Source: Metallosphaera cuprina Ar-4
Lineage (GTDB): Archaea; Thermoproteota; Thermoprotei_A; Sulfolobales; Sulfolobaceae
NCBI RefSeq assembly: GCF_000204925.1
Contig: NC_015435.1
Location: 861,160-885,159 of the forward strand
Length of the DNA: 24,000 nt
Direction: 5' to 3'
In this document: in pieces, positions 1 to 10,627 of the stretch
How the letters are laid out: the number at the start of each line of letters is the position of its first letter
Numbering within the stretch: position 1 is the stretch's first letter
Translations under genes and position numbers: made by a program
The notes under the pieces: model-generated
The model's input: only the letters and a program-made list of their open reading frames with translations
What the model was told of the DNA's origin: nothing
Database searches by the model: none

Positions 1-568
1 ATATTGCTGGGACGGACCCTAACGCTAAGACAGCCCTCCATAGGATATCTGAAGGTAGAAAATACCCTAGAGTTAGGGTGACAACGGCCGAGACTAAGGC
101 TCCTAAGTTCCACATAACTCCTCCGGAGATCCCTAACATCTTACCCCTGTCCTTTCTGTTGGAATATTCGGCGGCAACGAGAGGGGAAAGAACGTAGTCC
201 GCCCCTATCCCTAATCCCAATAGGAATCTCAAGAAGACAAGTTGAGATGGAGATGAGACGAACGCTTGAAGTAGCGCTCCCAAGGTCATTAGGGCTGCGT
301 CCACACCGTAAAACCTCTTCCTCCCGTGTTTTGCTAGGTAACCGAAGATCAACGCTCCTACTATGTTACCTGAGATTATTGATGCGAAGAGGTATGTAGA
401 CAAAGTTAACAATGAGGATCCGAAGTACGCCATTAAGGAAGTTGTAACCAAGGCGGCAGCCGTAAGGTCGTATCCATCCACTATCTGTCCCGCACCAGCT
501 ATTAACATGGTCTTTATGTGAAAAGAATTCAATTTTTTCTCTTCATATTCTTTTAAAGGTTCTTCCAT
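1..568 (-). CDS. MFS transporter, N-terminal part (gene runs off the left edge)
   Basis: Absent from the ORF track because it is open at the window edge. Reverse-strand translation from the ATG (cat at 566-568) reads MEEPLKEYEEKKLNSFHIKTMLIAGAGQIVDGYDLTAAALV...FLRFLLGLGIGADYVLSPLVAAEYSNRKDRGKMLGISGG... These are TM helices with the GxGIGxDY...E(x6)RG signature of phosphate/sugar-porter-like MFS proteins. The frame stays open to position 1. Confidence 0.8.
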   Translation of the reverse strand, partial: MEEPLKEYEEKKLNSFHIKTMLIAGAGQIVDGYDLTAAALVTTSLMAYFGSSLLTLSTYLFASIISGNIVGALIFGYLAKHGRKRFYGVDAALMTLGALLQAFVSSPSQLVFLRFLLGLGIGADYVLSPLVAAEYSNRKDRGKMLGISGGVMWNLGALVSAVVTLTLGYFLPSDILWRAVLALGSVPAI

Positions 569-875
569 ACACCTAGGATATTTATAGAAAATAAAAATAT
601 AATCACTTTATTTTATATAGATAAAAGTAATAGCAATAATTCTCTATAGATATACATAGTTTAAGGTAGACCTTTCAATTAAGTTGAGATCATCGCTTTT
701 GGAAGGTTTATCACTCTTACCTTAAGCTGGTTGATAAAAAGATCTCATAGCCATCCGGATTTTCACCGCCGTGTAAAGGGTAACGTTGAGGTAGCTCTCT
801 CAGCGATCCTCCTTGAGTCTTCAGCCTTTAAATGATAGCTAACGTGTTCTAGGGTTGAAACGTTGAGAAATTATC

Positions 876-1739
876 CTATGAACTTAGAGAGAGCTGTTCC
901 AAACCTTTGACGGCGTCTCTGAGCCTTTCCCTAATTTCAGATGGGGAGAGCCTGTTTTCAATACCCTCAATCGCCAAATCTATCCCAGCGAGGGCAGCTC
1001 TCCTGTAGAGTCCGACCCTGCTCAAGCTTACCATCAACCTCAAGGTGGTAAGTCCCCTAGGTTTGTAACCCATTAGGTTTGCAGCGTAAGGGAAGAGGAA
1101 GTGTTCAATCGTTAATTCGAGTTTCCCCTTTAGGTCCTTTGGCTTGCTTAAGGTTAACGAAGGGGCACCATATTCTTCCCTTTCGACTCTCATGTTCACT
1201 GCTCCATCCGTGATCTCTCCAGTGAAGAAGCCTTTCTTTATAGCGTGAAGTGCTAATATGTCCTCATGATGAAACCCACGGAATGTGTAGCCAGGGAGCT
1301 TAAGATCGTGATAAACCTCTCTCTTTATGCTAGTGTTTTCAGAAGATAAAGTTATGGTCTTAATAACTTTCGAGTGGGGAGGCCTACCAATATCTGTGGG
1401 TATTCCATACTGAGTAAGGTATCCTACGTATCCAGCGAGGTCTTTAGAGTAAGGTCTGTAAACTAGCTGTTTGAGAAGGTTTCTTAGTTTATGTCCTAAA
1501 GGATGTTTGATTTCCCTCGTTTTAGTTATTTTTCCTCTTAATGCACCGAATCTTGGATACAGCTCGTGAGATTTCAAATGATCTTCAACCCAAGTTTCCG
1601 ACGGGATGTTGTCATCATCTAAAGTTATTAGAATCTCCCCTTTAGCGTTGGAGTAAATGAGGTTCACCGCCTCTTCAATCTTTCCCTCCTTTTGTTCAAC
1701 TATCTTAATAGATAAATTTTTTGAGTAACTCTCCAACAT
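876..1739 (-). CDS. Family 2 glycosyltransferase, apparently 5'-truncated (possible pseudogene)
   Basis: The 287-aa ORF carries a GT2-type acidic motif (GEILITLDDDNIPSETWVEDHL). The normal N-terminal Rossmann start is missing; see the remnant feature at 1740-1832. Confidence 0.7.
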   Translation of the reverse strand: MLESYSKNLSIKIVEQKEGKIEEAVNLIYSNAKGEILITLDDDNIPSETWVEDHLKSHELYPRFGALRGKITKTREIKHPLGHKLRNLLKQLVYRPYSKDLAGYVGYLTQYGIPTDIGRPPHSKVIKTITLSSENTSIKREVYHDLKLPGYTFRGFHHEDILALHAIKKGFFTGEITDGAVNMRVEREEYGAPSLTLSKPKDLKGKLELTIEHFLFPYAANLMGYKPRGLTTLRLMVSLSRVGLYRRAALAGIDLAIEGIENRLSPSEIRERLRDAVKGLEQLSLSS

Positions 1740-1832
1740 AATCGTGTTGAAGTCGTTAGGAGAAGGCTTATAGACTACAATCGTGTTGAAGTTGCCATAG
1801 GTTTGCTCAGTTAGTTTTTCCAGGACTAACTA
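1740..1832 (-). pseudogene. Untranslatable in-frame 5' remnant of the GT2 gene
   Basis: The 30 codons directly upstream of and in frame with the ATG at 1739 read LVLEKLTEQTYGNFNTIVVYKPSPNDFNTI. This is the conserved GT2 'QTY-x-NF-x-IVV' segment. It contains no ATG/GTG/TTG and is closed by an in-frame TAG (cta at 1830-1832). A further in-frame TAA lies at 1884-1886. Confidence 0.6.
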
Positions 1833-2139
1833 AGGTAAGCGCAATTTGACGCGTTGGTGAGACAACCGTCCATCGACTCTTGTTTAAGGATCATTGATTA
1901 GAAAAGCTTCAGATGATTGAGATGTCACAAAGGATATCAGTTATTGATCCCGCGTAACTGAACCAGGCTCGTTACCTTAATTAAGGGAGGTCCCTAACTT
2001 CCTCAAGCTAGACGATGAGCGCTAGGGAAAAGGGCTACCTCATGTGAGTGAGGAGGCTAGATCCCTAATCTCAACCTTTGAATCTCCTAAAATGCCTGAG
2101 CAGTGCACAGTTTACCCTGTTAAGAACTTCTCAGTTAAG

Positions 2140-3935
<1,796 letters not shown>

Positions 3936-3956
3936 AACGAATGATTGCAGACGCTG

Positions 3957-3964
3957 AATAAAAA
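3957..3964 (-). promoter_or_regulatory. TATA box for kdgA-kdgK
   Basis: Reads tttttatt on the minus strand, ending 21 nt before the ATG at 3935. Confidence 0.5.
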
Positions 3965-4053
3965 CCATGCGCAAATCTGGGACGGGACTTTAAAGCTAGA
4001 TAGTTGAGTTTGCACCGGTCTCGCTCGGTGTCCCCCTTTAACTCTCATAGAGG

Positions 4054-4061
4054 TTATTTAC
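4054..4061 (+). promoter_or_regulatory. TATA box for the ABC1/UbiB kinase gene
   Basis: ttatttac, ending 20 nt before the in-frame GTG at 4082. Confidence 0.4.
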
Positions 4062-4081
4062 CTCATCCTCAACATTATATT

Positions 4082-5539
4082 GTGTCTATCTCTAGGGCAA
4101 TAACGATATTAAGGAAGATGACTCCAAGGGTACTGAAGTACAGGGACTTTAGGAAAAGGATATTGAAAGGGGAGAAAGTACCGAGGGAGGAGTTAGAGGA
4201 GGAGGCAAGGAAGTTCGTAGATACCATGATAGAGTTAGGACCCACTTTCATTAAGTTTGGTCAAGTTCTCTCAGTGAGGGCGGACGTCTTGCCTCAGGAG
4301 TACATGAAGGAGCTTCAGAGGTTACAGGACGAGGTCCCCCCTGCTAAGTTCGATGAGGTAAAGGAAGTGATCTTCAGGGAGGCAGGGGACGTCATACAGG
4401 AGGTCGACCCGAGGCCGCTAGCCGCAGCTAGTTTAGGTCAGGTTCACGTAGGTTTGTCCAAGGATGGGAGGAAGGTGGCCATAAAGGTTAACAGACCCGG
4501 TGTGGAAGAGATATTAAGGGAGGACATTTCGGTCATCAAGACCTTCTTACCTTTGACAAGGTTGATTTTAGACTCCAGTTTGGTTGAAACCCTCTCGATG
4601 ATCTTTAGGCAGTTCTCCTCACGTATCTTCGAGGAGCTCAACTACGAGAGGGAGGCGTTTTACACCTCGAAATTGAGAGAGGAACTAGAAGGGTTCAGAG
4701 TTAAGATACCTAGAACAGTTAAGGCTACAAAACGCGTGTTAGTCATGGAGTACATTAAGGGTTATAAGATCACCTCTCAGGAGGCATTGAACAAGTTCGA
4801 TAGGAAGGCTCTAGCTTGGAGGGTATTCAAAACTTTCGTTTATCCCGTCCTAACTTCGGATTACTTTCACGCGGATCCTCATCCAGGAAACGTAGCTATA
4901 GACGATGAAGGGTACATAATTTTATACGATTTCGGCATGGCAGGTTTCATAGATAGGGAAACGAGGATTAAGCTGATAAGGATGTACGTTACGATAAGTA
5001 GGGGAGACCCCTTAACGCTGGTGAACGTTCTGGATCAGTTAGGAGCTATTCAGCCCTACGCGGACAGGAAGGTTTTAGCTAAGGGTTTCGACCTAATGAT
5101 AAGGGAGATGAAGGGCGTCCCCGTTGATCAGTTGGAGTTGGAGGAGTTCAACAGGTTAGCTAGCGAGGCGTTCTTCAAGTTTCCGCTTAGGTTGCCTGAG
5201 AAGATCGCTCTCTACTTCAGAATGTCGTCCGTCTTAGAGGGGACGTGTAGGATGATAGATCCGGATTTTGACTTCCTACCAAACCTGGTGAGGTTGGTTG
5301 AGGAGGAGGGACTCATGAGGTTGGCCATCATCGATGAGGTTATGGATTACGTTAACTACTTCACCACACAAGTAAAGGAAAGGATGTTAAGGACTCCGAT
5401 CCAAGAGAGGAGGAGAGAAAAGAGGTGGATTGGATTGCCGGTCGTATTGGCGTCCTTTCCTGTCTACCTGTTCTTAGGGGACGTTCCGTCCATTTTAGTC
5501 GCTCTACTAGGAATAACAATCACTCTATCTTTACCTTAG
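4082..5539 (+). CDS. ABC1/UbiB-family atypical protein kinase (AarF domain) with C-terminal TM segment
   Basis: [53 protein letters not shown] and [10 protein letters not shown] are hallmark ABC1/UbiB motifs. The C-terminus is hydrophobic ([18 protein letters not shown]...). The start is uncertain: GTG 4082 is supported by TATA spacing, ATG 4118 and the track's TTG 4004 remain possible. Confidence 0.85.
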   Translation: MSISRAITILRKMTPRVLKYRDFRKRILKGEKVPREELEEEARKFVDTMIELGPTFIKFGQVLSVRADVLPQEYMKELQRLQDEVPPAKFDEVKEVIFREAGDVIQEVDPRPLAAASLGQVHVGLSKDGRKVAIKVNRPGVEEILREDISVIKTFLPLTRLILDSSLVETLSMIFRQFSSRIFEELNYEREAFYTSKLREELEGFRVKIPRTVKATKRVLVMEYIKGYKITSQEALNKFDRKALAWRVFKTFVYPVLTSDYFHADPHPGNVAIDDEGYIILYDFGMAGFIDRETRIKLIRMYVTISRGDPLTLVNVLDQLGAIQPYADRKVLAKGFDLMIREMKGVPVDQLELEEFNRLASEAFFKFPLRLPEKIALYFRMSSVLEGTCRMIDPDFDFLPNLVRLVEEEGLMRLAIIDEVMDYVNYFTTQVKERMLRTPIQERRREKRWIGLPVVLASFPVYLFLGDVPSILVALLGITITLSLP

Positions 5540-5891
5540 CGGCTCCCTCTATGGGAATCTTCAAAGTTAGAACTCCGTTTTCGTACTTCCCTGCAACCTC
5601 GGCGTCCTTAGGTACCTTGACAGGAAGCTTTATCTCCCTATAGATCCTCGATGGCCTTTGTGCCAGGTGTTTTATCCCTCCCTGCTCAACGTTCCTCTTA
5701 CCTTCAACCCTCAACAGTCCATCAGAGCTGAGCCTTATACTTATGTCCGACTTCTCAAAACCAGGCATGTCTAAAATAACTAACAGGGTGTTACCTTGCT
5801 CGTATATGTCAGCTGGAGGGAGAACCCTCTCGTAAAACTCTTTAGTTAACTCGTTCAATTGTTTGCTTATCTCTCTTAAAATGATCTCCAT
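5520..5891 (-). CDS. hsp20: Small heat-shock protein, Hsp20/alpha-crystallin family
   Basis: 123 aa. The core alpha-crystallin pattern is [41 protein letters not shown]...REIKLPVKV...[13 protein letters not shown]. Confidence 0.9.
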   Translation of the reverse strand: MEIILREISKQLNELTKEFYERVLPPADIYEQGNTLLVILDMPGFEKSDISIRLSSDGLLRVEGKRNVEQGGIKHLAQRPSRIYREIKLPVKVPKDAEVAGKYENGVLTLKIPIEGAAKVKIE

Positions 5892-5913
5892 AAAGTAAAG
5901 GTCGAATAAGTGG

Positions 5914-5921
5914 ATAAAAAA
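5914..5921 (-). promoter_or_regulatory. TATA box for hsp20
   Basis: Reads ttttttat on the minus strand, ending 22 nt before the ATG at 5891. Confidence 0.5.
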
Positions 5922-6056
5922 TGTTGCTCACTTTCTCCTTAACCTTCTAAACAACCAGAATATAAAGCGCAGCGTTTTCCATTTCATAGAGTTAAGGTAC
6001 TCAACGTTATTATTAACGTTTTCTATCTAAAAGTTCCTTAATTTTCAGTAGACGTT

Positions 6057-6609
6057 AAATTTCCTCTCGTTTTCTTTGCTCACAGAACTTGGTACTGCAC
6101 CACTCGTGACCAGCACGGCGTGTCAACTCCCATTCAACGGTCTAAGAGGCACTCTCAAAGGCTCTTACGCTTGAGAAACTCAAAAGGTGGAGGTAAAAAG
6201 GAGTTCAATACCTCTCGTTGACGAGAGCGCCAGTGTTGTTTTCCCACAAGCCAAGGTCAGTTGTACCTTTCCTGACCCGTTTCGATTACAGTTCCTTGAC
6301 CTCCCTTGAGGTCTAAGGTTCCTTCCCTCACCTACAGTGGCTTCGCGAGGCCTTGAGCTAAAGGAAAGCTCACGCGATCCATCTCCAAGAGGTTAACCTC
6401 CATTGCTGCGTTGAAAACAGGAGTTATGATACAGATTTCCAACTGAACGTAACGTTCGCTAGGGCGTTGCTAGAACGGGTACCTAGTTTAAATGTACTCT
6501 TCGAACTGGCTGAGTTCAAGAAAGTCTCCATCCGGGTTAAGAGCTCACCTAGAGCGTTAAACTTATTAATACGTAGCTAGCGCTCTCCCAAGGTTTTGCT
6601 CTGAGGCCT
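6057..6609 (-). other. ORF-free tract with coding-like composition: probable decayed gene remnant and/or structured element
   Basis: No ORF of 60 aa or more in any frame across ~550 bp, yet GC content is like the coding DNA and unlike the AT-rich promoters here. Minus-strand frames give protein-like runs broken by stops and frame changes: VPVLATPSERYVQLEICIITPVFNAAMEVNLLEMDRVSFPLAQGLAKPL*, VREGTLDLKGGQGTVIETGQERYN*, QLTLACGKTTLALSSTRGIELLF, TVEWELTRRAGHEWCSTKFCEQRKREEI*. Five perfect stems of 6 bp or more lie within 6153-6376. Confidence 0.3.
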
Positions 6610-7674
6610 CTATATGGAGAGCATTGATATCATAGAGAAGACTAAGGAGATTAAGGGAAGCGCTATAAACGTCATTCTCTCCCCAAGTAAAGAAAGAGAA
6701 AGTGACGTCAACAAAACGGTCATCCCTCCAGATAAAAGCGCTGAAATCTGATAAGCCAAACCGACCATGGTCACCCTGTGCTCAGGTTTGTAAAGCTCAG
6801 CTAAGTATGCCGCCTGAGGAGCGTAACTCAAGGTATCTCCGAGGCCGAAGACGAGGAAAGACAACATCGTTAGAGCGAAGTCCTTTAACAGCGCAGAGAC
6901 GATAAGGACGAGAACGGAGGAGAACATTAAAATCGTTCCGCCCCTCATGACCTTCGATTTCCCTACAAGATCCGAGAGGACTCCTATGGGGATCATAAGG
7001 ATAAGCTCCTCAACGCTTAGGACTAAGATCGGAAACAGACCTACCCTAAGTCCAGCCTTTAAAAGGAAAGGTATGGAGAAGGACGTGAAGAGGTAAAAGT
7101 TAGAGCTCTCTCCCGCCTTTATCCCCACGCCCTTAAGCAGGGCTTTCACTCCATGCCTTTCTAATCCAGTCCTAAACCTAGTTGGTTCTGGAAGGGAAAT
7201 TGAAATGATTGACAACAAAGCTGACATAAGAGAAGGAAACAGAAGGGTTAGAGGGGTTATAGCCACGCCTAGCGAGAGCAGGAGTCCCGCTGGAACGGAG
7301 AGCTGAACTAAGCTAGTCCACGATCCTCTCATCTGATCTACGCTCTCAGCAAGAAAAACTGAAAAGCTGGACCATCCTCCCAGGGCCAATCCTATTAGGA
7401 AGGGCGAGACAACGTATATCCTTAAAACGACGAGGAGATCCCCCAAGAACAGTAAGAAGAAAACCAAGTTAATGGACACCTTCCTGCCCAGAAGGTCCCC
7501 TAACCTCCCAAAAAATAGTGCTCCCAGGGGCCTGGCAGAGAAGGCTGAGACGTAGAAGAGAGAGTTGAGGACGAGAGGTCCCTTAAGATATATGGATAGT
7601 ATACCTATCGAAAAGAAGGAGAACCATAACGTAGTGGTTCCCATGAAGGTTACAAAAGGGATCCTCCAATCCAT
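6610..7674 (-). CDS. MFS transporter (metabolite:H+ symporter-like), 12 predicted TM
   Basis: 354 aa and strongly hydrophobic. MFS motif A follows TM2 (ARPLGALFFGRLGDLLGRKV). It starts only 18 bp downstream of the lactonase stop with no TATA box in between, so it is likely co-transcribed. Confidence 0.8.
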   Translation of the reverse strand: MDWRIPFVTFMGTTTLWFSFFSIGILSIYLKGPLVLNSLFYVSAFSARPLGALFFGRLGDLLGRKVSINLVFFLLFLGDLLVVLRIYVVSPFLIGLALGGWSSFSVFLAESVDQMRGSWTSLVQLSVPAGLLLSLGVAITPLTLLFPSLMSALLSIISISLPEPTRFRTGLERHGVKALLKGVGIKAGESSNFYLFTSFSIPFLLKAGLRVGLFPILVLSVEELILMIPIGVLSDLVGKSKVMRGGTILMFSSVLVLIVSALLKDFALTMLSFLVFGLGDTLSYAPQAAYLAELYKPEHRVTMVGLAYQISALLSGGMTVLLTSLSLSLLGERMTFIALPLISLVFSMISMLSI

Positions 7675-7692
7675 GGTAGCACTTTATCTTAG

Positions 7693-8520
7693 TTAGATGT
7701 TTTCCCAAGATTTACAAATGTAATGTTCTCTTCCTTTGCTTTCAGTTTCCATAACGAATACCGAACCGGCTAACTCCTCTCCCCCCTTTGAAGAGGAGGT
7801 TATGAAAACTTGATTCAACCCTTCCCCTCCGAAGGTGAGTGACGTGACGATCTTCACGGGAGTCTTGATCACGTTAACGGGCCTCTTAGAGAAAGGTTCC
7901 CAAACAGTTATCATCCCTCCCCCGTAGTGAGCTACCCAGATCAATCCTTCCGAGTCGACCACCATTCCATCCGGAACTCCTGGATAGTCCTCAGTCTCTA
8001 TTGCGGCCCCAAGGCTCTCAAGCTCATCGTCTCTAACTCTGAAGGCGTAAATCCTCCTCTTAGGGCTGTCCACTAGGTAATACATGTCCTTGTACCAATC
8101 CATCCCGTTTGACACCGTTAAGTTCTTTTGCTTGACCTTGAACTCACCGTCAAAGACGAACAGCTTACCCAGATTTTTCTTTTCCTCCAAGTCCATGGTT
8201 CCAACCCAGAATTTCCCGTCAGGGCCGCACTTCCCATCGTTAAATCTGACCCCTCTCTCCTCCACCTTGCCGATCAAGTGAAACCCGTTTGAGTAGCGAT
8301 AGAGCGAGAGTCCAGCCGCCACTACGAGCTTACCCTCGTCCTTCGTGAGCCCTAGGGCTGAGATCATCGAAGGAGAGTCAACCTCCTCGTCCTTCCCTTC
8401 CCTAACGACGTGAAGTTTCCCACCTAATATGTCCACCCAATATAACGTTTTGTTCCTGGAATCCCAAACGGGTCCCTCTCCCAAAACGGCTTTGGACCTC
8501 ACAAATATTGATGGATTCAT
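7693..8520 (-). CDS. SMP-30/gluconolactonase/LRE-family lactonase
   Basis: 275 aa. LGEGPVWD......LYWVDI, RFNDGKCGPDGKFWVGTM, SNGMDW and PDGMVVDSEGLIWVA are typical six-bladed propeller lactonase motifs. Confidence 0.85.
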   Translation of the reverse strand: MNPSIFVRSKAVLGEGPVWDSRNKTLYWVDILGGKLHVVREGKDEEVDSPSMISALGLTKDEGKLVVAAGLSLYRYSNGFHLIGKVEERGVRFNDGKCGPDGKFWVGTMDLEEKKNLGKLFVFDGEFKVKQKNLTVSNGMDWYKDMYYLVDSPKRRIYAFRVRDDELESLGAAIETEDYPGVPDGMVVDSEGLIWVAHYGGGMITVWEPFSKRPVNVIKTPVKIVTSLTFGGEGLNQVFITSSSKGGEELAGSVFVMETESKGREHYICKSWENI

Positions 8521-8542
8521 TGAGATAGAAATTTATTAGCGA

Positions 8543-8550
8543 TTATAAAT
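8543..8550 (-). promoter_or_regulatory. TATA box for the lactonase-MFS unit
   Basis: Reads atttataa on the minus strand, ending 22 nt before the ATG at 8520. Confidence 0.5.
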
Positions 8551-8617
8551 GTACCTGATCGTTCGAAACGCTCTCGATCAAGGTTCCTGACGTCAGAATT
8601 ACTTCAAATGCAATCCC

Positions 8618-8627
8618 TTATTAATTT
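8618..8627 (+). promoter_or_regulatory. TATA box for the acyl-CoA synthetase gene
   Basis: ttattaattt, ending 18 nt before the ATG at 8646. Confidence 0.45.
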
Positions 8628-8645
8628 GAGAGTTAAATTTGATCT

Positions 8646-10301
8646 ATGGACTACGCTGAGGCTTCAAAGCTAGCCTTGGAGAATCCAGAGTCTTACTGGT
8701 CCCCGTTCGCGTCTAAACTCGCTTGGTACAAGACCTGGGATAAAGTTGAGTTAAACGGGAGGTGGTTCGTAAATGGGGAGACTAACTTAGCGGAAAACGT
8801 TTTGAGGCATCAAGGGATCGCGTTGATCTGGTACGGGGAGGGGGAGAGGAGGGAGCTATCCTATTCCGAGCTCTCGGGATTGGTGGAGAAGGTTTCCTCA
8901 CTGCTTAAGGAGAGGGGTGTAAGGAGGGGAGATAGGGTAGCGATACACATGCCTAACCTTCCCGAGACCATAGCGACCATGTTAGCCTGCGCTAAGATGG
9001 GGGTAACGTACTCAGTCATATTCGCTGGGTTAGGAGCGGCTGCGGTAAGAGCTAGGATAGACGATTTGTCCCCAAAGCTAGTGGTGAGCACTCAATACAC
9101 ACAGAGGCGTGGGAACAAGATCCTCCTCTTAGGTGGGGACTTGGTTCTCAATAGGGGATTGGAACCGTTAGACGAGCGGACCGAGAGCGAGAGGATAGAA
9201 TCGAATGAACCCATGATGATCATGTACACGTCAGGAACTACAGGCAAGCCTAAGGGGATAGTCCTACCTCACGGATCTTGGATGGTAGGGCATTACGTAG
9301 TGTTCGACATAATGTTCTCGCTGAGACCTGGAGACAAAGTGTTCACTACGGCTGACGTGGGCTGGATAACCTTCTCAAGGATAGCTTACGGTACGCTCCT
9401 TCATGGAGGTACTCTCGTGTTCATGGAGGGAGCTCCTGATCACCCTAGAGATAGGATACCCTCCATCATGAGGGAGGAAAGCCCAAAGGTGTTCTTCACT
9501 TCTCCCACCCTACTGAGGATGCTGAGGACTTCAGACGTGAAGTTGGAGAGGATAGAATATCTAGCCACCGCCGGGGAGATATTTGACGAACCCTCTTGGG
9601 ATTACGCTATGAAGTTCGCGGATAAGGTAACCGACGTTTACGGACAGTCCGAGACTGGGTACGTCGCTGGAACCCCTTTCGCCCTCTCAGTAGAACCTAA
9701 GAAGGGATTCGCTGGAGTACCGTTTCCTGGGGCACTTCTCGAGACCGTAAACGAAAACGGGGAGGTAGTGAGGGGAAGACCGGGCTACCTAATACTAAAG
9801 GGTTCCTTTCCAACCAAGTTTGTAGGAGTTTGGAGGAACGAGGCGAAGTTTAAGGAGTACGAAAGGTTCGGAGGACACGATACGGGAGACGTGGCGATAT
9901 TTGAGGGGTCTTTCCTTAAGATAGTGGGCAGGAACGACGATATGATAAAGATAGCGGGTCACAGGATAACAAGCGGTGAGGTTGAGGACCTCGTATCTAA
10001 GATCCCTGGAGTAAGGGACGTATCTGCAGTCGGGGTGCCTGATGAGATTAAGGGCGAGAGACTGATTCTTTTCGTCGTAGGAGAGGTGAGTTCAGAGACG
10101 ATAAGGGAAGAGGTCAAGACGAAGTTGGGTCCGATCTACTTAGTGGAGAAGGTGATAAGGGTTAAGAGGTTACCTAAGTCGAGAAGCGGAAAGGTCGTGA
10201 GGAGGGTCCTGAGAGATCTGGTCATGAACAAGGAGGTAGATCCCACTATATTGGAGGACCCTGAGGTAATAGATGAGATAAAGGAAGCTGTAGCTAAGTG
10301 A
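8646..10301 (+). CDS. AMP-forming acyl-CoA synthetase (ACS-like, ANL superfamily); substrate unknown
   Basis: 551 aa with the ANL motifs [37 protein letters not shown] and [12 protein letters not shown] (A10 lysine). Confidence 0.85.
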   Translation: MDYAEASKLALENPESYWSPFASKLAWYKTWDKVELNGRWFVNGETNLAENVLRHQGIALIWYGEGERRELSYSELSGLVEKVSSLLKERGVRRGDRVAIHMPNLPETIATMLACAKMGVTYSVIFAGLGAAAVRARIDDLSPKLVVSTQYTQRRGNKILLLGGDLVLNRGLEPLDERTESERIESNEPMMIMYTSGTTGKPKGIVLPHGSWMVGHYVVFDIMFSLRPGDKVFTTADVGWITFSRIAYGTLLHGGTLVFMEGAPDHPRDRIPSIMREESPKVFFTSPTLLRMLRTSDVKLERIEYLATAGEIFDEPSWDYAMKFADKVTDVYGQSETGYVAGTPFALSVEPKKGFAGVPFPGALLETVNENGEVVRGRPGYLILKGSFPTKFVGVWRNEAKFKEYERFGGHDTGDVAIFEGSFLKIVGRNDDMIKIAGHRITSGEVEDLVSKIPGVRDVSAVGVPDEIKGERLILFVVGEVSSETIREEVKTKLGPIYLVEKVIRVKRLPKSRSGKVVRRVLRDLVMNKEVDPTILEDPEVIDEIKEAVAK

Positions 10302-10417
10302 GCGCTAAAAACTTTTGGAAACTCACCTGGTATTCAAGATAACTCAGCGTTAGCTCAGTTTAGAGCGATCTTAACTTCAAGTCGTTCCAGGCCTCCCCCT
10401 AAGCGCACGTCTTGGCG

Positions 10418-10627
10418 TTATTTAATCACTTCAAAGACCTTCACGCCATTAATCGAGGAGAGGCAATACTCAATCTGCTCCGGAAAACCAGAGGGGGTGA
10501 CAAAGAGCTTAACGCACTCGACTTTCGAGGGTTCTCCATCCTCTTGATGAAACTCATCTCCCCCGCATTTGCATACCCCTCTGGGTTCGAAATATTTCCT
10601 TCCGCACTTATTGCACACTAATATCAA
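10418..10627 (-). CDS. Minimal DUF35-type zinc-ribbon/OB-fold protein (thiolase partner)
   Basis: 69 aa. A CxxC-x10-CxC zinc ribbon (VCNKCGRKYFEPRGVCKCGG) sits at the extreme N-terminus, followed by a short beta-rich tail. Its TTG start (10625-10627) overlaps the thiolase-like TGA (10624-10626) as TTGA. Confidence 0.7.
   Translation of the reverse strand: MILVCNKCGRKYFEPRGVCKCGGDEFHQEDGEPSKVECVKLFVTPSGFPEQIEYCLSSINGVKVFEVIK

Noticed and set aside
1911-1961. Possible C/D-box sRNA (agatgattga ... ttgat ... ctga, with about 50-nt spacing)
   Set aside because: The C box is not RUGAUGA (it reads AGAUGAUUGA). There is no D' box and no terminal stem. Other tgatga hits (about 1266, 3672 and 9220) lie inside CDSs and lack a D box at the right distance.
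6003-6020. AACGTT-attatt-AACGTT upstream of hsp20, and GAACGT-a-ACGTTC at 6445-6457
   Set aside because: AACGTT is a self-complementary hexamer expected about 6 times in 24 kb and is also seen inside CDSs (for example near 3697 and 5027). That is not enough to call a regulatory motif.
6358-6372. ctaaaggaaagctca resembling the RNase P RNA CR-I motif GAGGAAAGUCC
   Set aside because: The match is only partial. The other universally conserved RNase P segments are absent nearby, and the region is not GC-enriched as expected for a structural RNA of a thermophile.
6389-6400. Perfect 12-bp palindromes gaggttaacctc (6389-6400) and ttaactagttaa (11847-11858), plus tttaattaaa (11861-11870)
   Set aside because: About six perfect 12-bp palindromes are expected by chance in 24 kb. 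The latter two sit in extremely AT-rich DNA, where palindromes are even more likely.
10345-10400. tRNA-like D-arm string (ta-gctc-agttta-gagc-g) followed by gttccaggcc, vaguely T-loop-like
   Set aside because: I could build no 7-bp acceptor stem and no anticodon stem: atctt/agtcg do not pair, and no 3' complement of tcagcgt is present. At most it is a tRNA fragment, more likely chance. A tRNAscan/Infernal run would settle it.
10412-10621. 69-aa plus-strand ORF mirroring the DUF35 ORF
   Set aside because: The minus-strand reading has a four-Cys zinc ribbon and a TTGA overlap with the thiolase-like gene. The plus-strand reading has neither motifs nor a promoter.
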